From: a virus
Taxonomy: Duplodnaviria > Heunggongvirae > Uroviricota > Caudoviricetes
Length of the DNA stretch: 64,000 nt
Reading direction: 5' to 3' (one strand)
Virus record (IMG/VR): IMGVR_UViG_2859657292_000001
The notes below the pieces were generated by a model. It saw only the letters and a list, made by a program, of their open reading frames with translations. It did no database searches and was not told the origin of the DNA. Positions 57,229 through 64,000 of the stretch are shown here, in pieces (position 1 is the first letter of the stretch; the number at the start of each line of letters is the position of its first letter). The position numbers and the translations under genes were made by a program.

Positions 57229-59298
57229 TTACTTACACTTGTTATTTAAATAGCTTCTAATATATAGATCAAGCAACTTGCTTAGCTGTTTGTTAACTTC
57301 ATCATGTTTTTGAGGGCTACGCATTTTAGAAAGATGTCGCTCAAGAAATTTTGAAGGCAACTTTATAACCAATTTGTTATGGTTGTCATAAAGTTCTTTT
57401 ACCCAGATTAGCTCTTTATGTTTTTCTAAGTTTTCAGAGTGATCCCTATTTATAATGAAAGCTAGCCTACCATAATCTTTAAATAAATATGAATTTACTT
57501 GTCTATATTCATCAGCACCTAACGTTTTGTAGTTTTTGATTTCGAATACAACTTGTCGAGATTGGTAATCAGTCAATATCCTTTTCCAGACAGGTGTGTC
57601 GGCAAGGTTTGTTGCAATAATGTCTCGCTGCTGTAGACCATTTTTGTTTGAATGGAGTTCAATATTGGTCAAATTCGTCGCAAACAATATTTTAATAGCT
57701 TTCAAAGCCCATGCTTCAAAATCAACAGCCCCTTCCTTACCTTCTGGGATATTATTTAATTCTTGAAGAAGAGCACCGATCCGTTGTTTTCGTTGTTCTT
57801 CTGATACGGAGCTAACTTCGATATCGTATTCATCGTGGATATCGTCAGCTGTTTCAGGAGTAATGTCTGACTCATGAACACTTAATGCAAGCCAATAGCA
57901 AGGATGTAGCAGAAGCTTGGAGCCTGGTGTAAACTCTTTTTCTGGTTCTTTTCCATCATGACAAAACACATATGATGAGGACTGCTGATTGTATAATCCA
58001 AAAAAACCAACACTATACAAACGTTGGATCACCTGAACAGGACCTTCAAACAAAAGGATGTCCTGTAATTTCATTTTGTCATTAACTTCTTTTATATCAA
58101 ATGCTTGGCTTATTATTTCAGAGGCTTCCGCGATGGTAAAATCTGGTCTTTTATTGCCAAAAAGCGATGTAAATATATCTAGTGCAGGGAATACATTTTC
58201 ATATTCTTTTAGTAAGTCGTTAAGCCTGTTTTGAGATATTGTGTTTGCAGTGGCTTTTATGTCATCAATTATTATTTTTGTGCGATCGTGAGTTGCGGCC
58301 CTCAGGAAAGCATCATTTAATAATACCAAAATATCTCTCGGTCTATATAATGTAAGCTTAAGTGCTTCTTTAAAACCCGTATTTGACTGTAATTCATTAG
58401 CGGTGTACGCATTCCAAACTCGCGTGTTATTTTCTATGGTTGAGTTAAATGCAACTCTCATTCTGTTACAAACCAAATTGAAGAGATTGTATTCGTCCCA
58501 ATGTAATCTTAATACCTGTCCTTCAATGTTTCTGGTAAAATCAGGGTCCATTTTAGATATGGCTCTATGGATATTGTCTCTAACGAAAGCAAATGCGATA
58601 ACTTTTTCTTGCAAATTTTGTTTTATATCAATAACAGACTGAATGAAACCGTCAACGATAGCAACCCCTAAATCATCTGGAGTGTATCCTTCATCTAGCC
58701 TGTCAGCAAAAATAACGAATTGATGGTTTGATTTTGAAATAGCTTCGAATAAAACCTCTTCTAGTAAATCTAATTCAAAATTATCTGATAAATCTGATAT
58801 TCTTGTAGCCGGTTTAACATCTTTTCCAGTATCAAGGATAGATATTAATTTTTTCCTTATTTTACCACTTATGTTTTGTCTTTTAGCTCCCCAAGATAAT
58901 AAGTGTTTCTCTACACTTTTATAGTCTAGATCATTTTTCATCCTATAGTGGCTTGCTATTTCGGAAAGTAATTCCATATAAATCGCATAGCGCCAAGCTA
59001 GTTTGCTTCCGGCTTTAATATGCAAATAATTTTCACCGAAAAGTGAGACAACATCTCTTAGACCAATAATTTGTTCTTCAATAGGGCTAATGGTCATCAC
59101 ATGCGTTTTAGGTTTTGCGTGCCAATGTTTTGACAGCATATGCACTAATGCACTTTTGCCAGTGCCTCTGCGACCTACAACTATGCATCGATCATACGAC
59201 TCTAAAAGAGCTTTATAATCAGTTGTTTGCCAGAATGAGGCTTCAAGCATTTTGGCATCGTGTTCTGCTCTGATATCCCCTAGAACGTTACCTTTCAT
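57229..59298 (-). CDS. AT-rich accessory gene encoding a 689-aa P-loop NTPase with a C-terminal PD-(D/E)xK-like nuclease-type domain
   Basis: Walker A 'GRRGTGKSAL', Walker B-like 'VIFADRLDEGY', a 'YRPRDILVLLNDAF' sensor-like segment and a C-terminal 'QQRDIIATN...RQVVFEIKNYK' (D...ExK). GC is about 33%. The gene stands alone. Confidence 0.55.
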   Translation of the reverse strand: MKGNVLGDIRAEHDAKMLEASFWQTTDYKALLESYDRCIVVGRRGTGKSALVHMLSKHWHAKPKTHVMTISPIEEQIIGLRDVVSLFGENYLHIKAGSKLAWRYAIYMELLSEIASHYRMKNDLDYKSVEKHLLSWGAKRQNISGKIRKKLISILDTGKDVKPATRISDLSDNFELDLLEEVLFEAISKSNHQFVIFADRLDEGYTPDDLGVAIVDGFIQSVIDIKQNLQEKVIAFAFVRDNIHRAISKMDPDFTRNIEGQVLRLHWDEYNLFNLVCNRMRVAFNSTIENNTRVWNAYTANELQSNTGFKEALKLTLYRPRDILVLLNDAFLRAATHDRTKIIIDDIKATANTISQNRLNDLLKEYENVFPALDIFTSLFGNKRPDFTIAEASEIISQAFDIKEVNDKMKLQDILLFEGPVQVIQRLYSVGFFGLYNQQSSSYVFCHDGKEPEKEFTPGSKLLLHPCYWLALSVHESDITPETADDIHDEYDIEVSSVSEEQRKQRIGALLQELNNIPEGKEGAVDFEAWALKAIKILFATNLTNIELHSNKNGLQQRDIIATNLADTPVWKRILTDYQSRQVVFEIKNYKTLGADEYRQVNSYLFKDYGRLAFIINRDHSENLEKHKELIWVKELYDNHNKLVIKLPSKFLERHLSKMRSPQKHDEVNKQLSKLLDLYIRSYLNNKCK

Positions 59299-59687
59299 GT
59301 ATTACCCTTTTAGCGTTAAAAGGAGGGGGCAATGGCCTTTGTAGACTTGAGTTCCATTTGCCTGATGCCATCCTCATCAAACTTCTTCCGTTTTCCCGAA
59401 GAGGGGGGAGATTAATGTATCATTTTTAACGGGTTACACAAGAATATGACTTCTTAATCTAGGAGCTGAGCGTTCTTCAGGAAAAAAATAAGCATGAATG
59501 ACAGCGGTTGTAGCCTTAGATTTTAAGGTGGTTACGTTCTTAATTTATTGAATTACCAATTAACTTTGAACACTATCAATTTAGCGTCTCTAAGCGTCTC
59601 TACAACCCCTGTGAATACTGCTTTTACGCCTTTTCAACTTTGGGGAAATAACACCAATAAGAAAACAATTTGTTTAATAGTGTGATC

Positions 59688-61373
59688 ATGAATACAGCCC
59701 TTTCCATCATTGACGCTATCACCCCAAACACTGATATCGACTACCGGCAGGAAATGAACGTCATCCACGAAATTGTGGCCGAGTGCGAGAAAGAGATCGC
59801 ATTCATGCATCAGGTTCACGACTTCGTTTATGGCGACGAACGCCACAACATGATTAACCGCCTGCTGCGACTCAACCACCGGCCGGATGACGAGCGCACA
59901 CGCTTTAACAGAGCCTGGCTGGACAAGGTCGACCTTGAATGGGTGAAACAGAATATCTGGGCCGAGTACTGGAAGAAGGTCACGGATATGACAAACGTTC
60001 TGCTGATCATGCCAGCTTCCCGCCGCGACGAGTGGCGTGAGCAGTTTATCGAGGGCAAGCAGGAGACCATCAGGACTGACAGAACCGGCTACCAGATGAA
60101 GGTTAAGGAGTTCGTTGGTGTGCCGGAGTTCAAAGCAGAAACGGTCATCCCAACGATGCTCAATCTGCTGAATGACAGGCACAAATATCTCTCTGAGCGC
60201 GTGTATGGCTTGTTTAAAGCGCTGAGTCCTGCCCACAAGACCAATAAGACGAACGGCTTTAGCGAGCGTCTGATCATCGCCAACTGCATTTCCGAGTTCT
60301 GGCGGGACAGCGTCAGCGTGAACTACCGGAAAGAGGACTACATCGACGACCTGCGCGTCATGCTTCATTTCTTAGCACACAAAGAGTTCATCACCATCAA
60401 CCGCACAACTGAGATGCTTTCAGCTGCGTACCGGGCAAACGACTGCCAGACCGGTGACTGGATGAATGTCGACGGAAACCTGATGCGCGTGAAGATGTTC
60501 AAGAACGGCAACGTTCACTTTGAAATACATCCTGACGTGGCCTGGAAGCTGAATGAGGTGCTGGCTTACAGTATGCCTGCAGCAATCCCGGCGCCATGCC
60601 GTACTGCACCCAAAACACGGGCACCAAAAGAGTTCGGGTTAATCCAGAAGACGATCTCCGAGCCGGTTCGTACTGCGCTGCGCGACGGGCGATTCAGCAA
60701 AGACAAAGGCGTCTGGTACTTCTCTGATTCCAACCTACAGAAGTCACAGGTGGAAGAGCTTGAGCGCACACTGAACTTCATTGGCGGCGTGCAGGAGAAA
60801 AAGCACTGGCAGTTCCCGTATGAGATCGGCCATACGCTCAATACGATTGTGGCCACCGGCTTAATACCGGATACAAAATCACACCAGTTCTACCCTACCC
60901 CACGTTTGATAGCGGAGTACGTTGCCAGAGCCATCGAGCTGAAGCCAGGTGAGAAGCTGCTGGAGCCTGAAGCCGGGCGCGGAGATCTGCTGGCCTGCAT
61001 CGACGCCAATCCGGAAGACGTTACCTGCATAGAAGTCGCACCTCTCTTCGCTGATATCCTGCTTGGCAAGGGGTACACAAATACGGTCTGCTGCGACTTC
61101 ATGAAGTGGTCTGAGGACAACGCAGGTTATCAGTTCGACAAAATCGTCATGAACCCGCCCTACTCTCTTGGCCGTCACAGAGAGCATACGCTGGCCGCGC
61201 TGGAGCATCTTAAAGTCGGCGGGCGACTGGTGGCTGTACTGCCGGGTGATGCGCCAGTTCTGAACTGGGTGTCGCTGGATAATTACGTTTATGCCAAAGG
61301 GAAGTCGTTTACTGACGAGTTTGAAGACACCGGAATCACTGTCAGCGTATACGTTTTCAAACGTGTAAAATGA
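59688..61373 (+). CDS. DNA methyltransferase (NPPY class) with a long N-terminal accessory domain
   Basis: 'KIVMNPPYSLGRH' near the C-terminus and an SAM-binding-like 'LLEPEAGRGDL'. The start was taken at the second Met, because the AAACAATTTGTTT motif overlaps the listed 59670 start. Confidence 0.6.
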   Translation: MNTALSIIDAITPNTDIDYRQEMNVIHEIVAECEKEIAFMHQVHDFVYGDERHNMINRLLRLNHRPDDERTRFNRAWLDKVDLEWVKQNIWAEYWKKVTDMTNVLLIMPASRRDEWREQFIEGKQETIRTDRTGYQMKVKEFVGVPEFKAETVIPTMLNLLNDRHKYLSERVYGLFKALSPAHKTNKTNGFSERLIIANCISEFWRDSVSVNYRKEDYIDDLRVMLHFLAHKEFITINRTTEMLSAAYRANDCQTGDWMNVDGNLMRVKMFKNGNVHFEIHPDVAWKLNEVLAYSMPAAIPAPCRTAPKTRAPKEFGLIQKTISEPVRTALRDGRFSKDKGVWYFSDSNLQKSQVEELERTLNFIGGVQEKKHWQFPYEIGHTLNTIVATGLIPDTKSHQFYPTPRLIAEYVARAIELKPGEKLLEPEAGRGDLLACIDANPEDVTCIEVAPLFADILLGKGYTNTVCCDFMKWSEDNAGYQFDKIVMNPPYSLGRHREHTLAALEHLKVGGRLVAVLPGDAPVLNWVSLDNYVYAKGKSFTDEFEDTGITVSVYVFKRVK

Positions 61374-61431
61374 TAGGTAAATGCTTACCTAATTTATGTA
61401 AGAATAGAGCCACTTTATCAGAGGTAAACAC

Positions 61432-62121
61432 ATGAGCGAAAAATCGAGAATTACATTCGCCAGCGTTGATCAGGCGAAGCTGCCATTTAATTTAGTGCTA
61501 CAGGGGAACGCAGGAAAGCCTGCCGGAACCATCAAAATCGACAAGGATCTTGTGACGTTCGAAGGTAACTTTGATGAATCGGCGCAGGTTTTTATCGAAT
61601 ATCTGGCACGCCGTTGGAGCCAGCAGTGGAGAGACCTAGAGAAACGCGCCAATGAGTTTGACCGGTTCATGGGCGCAATGGACACAGCAAAAGAGGCTCT
61701 GGCTGCCGGCACTCCGTTAGATCTGGAGTCGCTTTTCAAAGGAGAGATGGCCTCTGCGATGTTCGCCACCATGTTCGCAGGTGAGTTCGTCCGCAGCGGC
61801 GCCAGAAATTACCTTGAGCTGGGGTACAACGTTCCTGAAATGGGCGAGTTTACCGTCACCATCCAGCGCAAAGAAGGTAAGACGCCAGGCGAACGTATCG
61901 CTGAACTTGAGGCCGTTGTGGATCAGCGTAACGGCGAGTGCGTCCGTTTGATCAACGAACGTGATGCGCTGCGCGAAGAGCAGCTAAACAAAGGCTCGAA
62001 CACACGCGCGGCCGCAGACATCTACTTCCAGTTGGTTGAGGAATGCCAGATCCCGCCAGGCGGCTCTTTGGTTGAGTACGTTCGCGAATTGCAGGATAAA
62101 GCAGAGAGGTGCGCGGCATGA
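61432..62121 (+). CDS. Hypothetical protein (229 aa)
   Basis: ORF track. Confidence 0.4.
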   Translation: MSEKSRITFASVDQAKLPFNLVLQGNAGKPAGTIKIDKDLVTFEGNFDESAQVFIEYLARRWSQQWRDLEKRANEFDRFMGAMDTAKEALAAGTPLDLESLFKGEMASAMFATMFAGEFVRSGARNYLELGYNVPEMGEFTVTIQRKEGKTPGERIAELEAVVDQRNGECVRLINERDALREEQLNKGSNTRAAADIYFQLVEECQIPPGGSLVEYVRELQDKAERCAA

Positions 62122-62399
62122 ATGACCTGCTTGTCGAGCGAGTCTCCGCTTTTGTTAAGTCCCCGCTGGACAATCCTCTCACCCGCGGTAAGCAGATGGA
62201 GCTGGCAAGGTGGTTTCTGCATATCCATGAGCAGATGGAAGTTTTTAAACAGTTGCCGGATCTGCCCATTACAGACGGCCATGTTCAGCAGGTGATTAAC
62301 AGTCATGAAAAAGGCTGGGCGATGATTGTGCCGTGCAAAATTACCTACGAGCTGGCTAAGGAAGTGCAGGCTAACAGAGCAAGGAGTAAGGAAGAGTAA
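62109..62399 (+). CDS. Hypothetical protein (96 aa)
   Basis: Overlaps the upstream gene's stop. Confidence 0.35.
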   Translation: MRGMNDLLVERVSAFVKSPLDNPLTRGKQMELARWFLHIHEQMEVFKQLPDLPITDGHVQQVINSHEKGWAMIVPCKITYELAKEVQANRARSKEE

Positions 62400-62407
62400 C
62401 TATAAAG

Positions 62408-62773
62408 TTGGGTAATGCCGTTTCGCTGTTTTTTACAGCATTACTGGAAGGTTTCAATTATCGCTTTTGTCCGGTCTGGGATAATGCGCTGGATACGCTT
62501 ATTGAGGAAGGAACGCTGCTTGAGGTGCGAAATGGGATCGCGCTGTTTGAGCGTGACGCCCAGCTATATGAAGTGTTCGTCGGGGCTGGCTTCAACCACT
62601 TTGGGCATCTTATTAGCTTGAATACCAAAGCCATCGACGAGAGCGTCATGCGCCGTCCGTCGTTCCGTGTAATGGATAAGCTGCAACGTCATGTAAATGC
62701 CGAATTACTCCGCGTAGCCAAAGAAAAAGAACGAGAGCTACAGGCGATGATTGGATCGCTTATCGCTGAGTAA
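62408..62773 (+). CDS. Hypothetical protein (121 aa)
   Basis: ORF track. Confidence 0.35.
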   Translation: MGNAVSLFFTALLEGFNYRFCPVWDNALDTLIEEGTLLEVRNGIALFERDAQLYEVFVGAGFNHFGHLISLNTKAIDESVMRRPSFRVMDKLQRHVNAELLRVAKEKERELQAMIGSLIAE

Positions 62774-62864
62774 ATGAAGGCCGCTATTGTGGCCTTTAAC
62801 AATTTGTTTTCTACCTTTTCTTATCTGTGAAAATAACTACATCCAGAAAACAACGGAGTTAAGA

Positions 62865-63506
62865 ATGTCCCGTATTTCCAAAGCCCATATGTTTGCCGCT
62901 GGCGCTCATGGCGGCGTTGGCCAGAAAAGAAAATATACCGGTGAAGACTACATCAACCACCCGGTTGCTGTCCGCGAGATTGTTGCCTGGCATGGTGGAA
63001 CCGTAGAGATGCAGATCGCGGCGCTTCTGCATGATGTGGTTGAAGACACCCATGTCACCATAGAGATGGTTCGTGAGCACTTCGGTGAGCGCGTAGCCGA
63101 AATGGTTCTGGCTCTTACCAACATTGCCAGACCAGAAGACGGCAATCGAATACAGCGTTTCATCATCAACGTCCGGGAGCTGCAGCAAAGCCTCGACATG
63201 CAGACGCGCATGATCAAGCTGGCTGACCTGCTGGACAATACCTCTTCTATTGTGAGTCGCGACCCTGAGTTTTCAGCCATCTACCTCGCAGAGAAAGAGC
63301 TGATGCTGGCCGTACTCTTTGACGGCAAGGAGATTGGTGCCGATGCCGGTGTTGTCGAGTACCTGGAGAAAAAAGGCATAGAGCATTCGTTGCTGATAAA
63401 CGCCCGGGCGATGGTGACGAAAGGCATTGCCAGTCTGCAACCGGTACACACCAAACGTTATGAAAAACACAAAGCGCTGATCTGGGGCGCGTGGGAGGCT
63501 GCATGA
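62865..63506 (+). CDS. HD-domain phosphohydrolase resembling small alarmone ((p)ppGpp) hydrolases of the RelA/SpoT family
   Basis: 'AHGGVGQKRKYTGEDYINHPVAVREIV...AALLHDVVEDT' matches the SpoT/Mesh1 HD signature (H..GQ.R.....Y..HP..VA....AALLHD..ED). Start taken at RBS 'acggagttaagaATG'. Confidence 0.55.
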   Translation: MSRISKAHMFAAGAHGGVGQKRKYTGEDYINHPVAVREIVAWHGGTVEMQIAALLHDVVEDTHVTIEMVREHFGERVAEMVLALTNIARPEDGNRIQRFIINVRELQQSLDMQTRMIKLADLLDNTSSIVSRDPEFSAIYLAEKELMLAVLFDGKEIGADAGVVEYLEKKGIEHSLLINARAMVTKGIASLQPVHTKRYEKHKALIWGAWEAA

Positions 63507-64000
63507 AGGTCGAAAAAATAGATGTTCTTTCCTTTGTGCTGACGGATTTGGAGCGTCTCGACCCGGTACGCGTAATGATTGAAAACTACGAGCCTGGCAA
63601 GGGAAGAGTCACCATCACCTGCTATGGGAAAGCGTGGACTGCTGCCTGGTTCGCGATGGGCGGTGACGATGTGCAGACGTTTATTAACAGAGTGAGCAAA
63701 GATTATTTGATTGGTTGCCTCGACCCTCAACTGCTGAGTACGGTCGACGATGACAACGACGCAAACGTGCTTTTCGTCAAATCCGAAATCATAAAGTTGC
63801 GCAGGGAGAGAGAAATCGACGCAGAACAGGCCCGCAATATGTGGGACGAGGCAGAAAACGCTGATGACGTAAAAGAAAGCTGCTGCTGTTTCGGTGTCGG
63901 CAACGAACTGCTGAGTCTGTTTGGTGACGATCCGTGGTATGCCGGTTGGCCAACGGTGCCAAACCCCAGATACCAATACCTGGAACGTATCGTGAACGCG
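63503..64000 (+). CDS. Hypothetical protein, 3' end outside the window
   Basis: Open frame from the ATG overlapping the upstream stop through to the window end. Confidence 0.3.
   Translation, partial: MKVEKIDVLSFVLTDLERLDPVRVMIENYEPGKGRVTITCYGKAWTAAWFAMGGDDVQTFINRVSKDYLIGCLDPQLLSTVDDDNDANVLFVKSEIIKLRREREIDAEQARNMWDEAENADDVKESCCCFGVGNELLSLFGDDPWYAGWPTVPNPRYQYLERIVNA

Overview
This window reads as a roughly 50% GC enterobacterial phage, most consistent with an SSU5/pHCM2-like phage-plasmid. It carries a RepFIB/P1-type repA flanked by iteron arrays, plus a T4-like replication, recombination and nucleotide-metabolism gene set. That set comprises a DnaB-like helicase C-terminus, a primase, an ATP-dependent DNA ligase, PhoH, a glutaredoxin, and a CobT/CobS-like von Willebrand factor A (vWA) and AAA ATPase pair. 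It also comprises a DNA polymerase III alpha gene split by an HNH homing endonuclease, a gp32-like SSB, a T4 RNase H-like flap endonuclease (FEN) and a RecA/UvsX-like recombinase. The remainder of the set is SbcCD, a RuvC-like resolvase, NrdAB, a MazG-like protein, ThyA, DHFR, a dNMP kinase, a DnaQ-like exonuclease, RNase HI, two N6-adenine methyltransferases and an HD-domain (p)ppGpp-hydrolase-like protein. A 6.1-kb high-GC Tn3-family transposon is cleanly inserted at 5054..11194, with perfect 38-bp IRs and a 5-bp GATCT target duplication. The transposon carries a Hin-like serine recombinase, a HepT/MNT toxin-antitoxin pair, a cupin protein and a frameshifted tnpA. It interrupts a small phage membrane-protein gene. 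A tRNA-Asn(GUU) lies just downstream of a 750-bp structured, ORF-free region. Further features are a YafO-family toxin with no canonical antitoxin, and a tyrosine recombinase preceded by a perfect 14-7-14 inverted-repeat site. Three AT-rich single-gene islands are the best candidates for undescribed anti-phage or accessory systems. These are a PD-(D/E)xK-like protein at 26314..27237, a GTPase with a glycine-zipper tail at 51852..52967, and a 689-aa P-loop NTPase with a C-terminal nuclease-like domain at 57229..59298. Two families of palindromic intergenic motifs recur upstream of genes: GTAAG-Nn-CTTAC (about 19 copies) and AAACAATTTGTTT (5 copies). RNase HI carries an in-frame amber codon.
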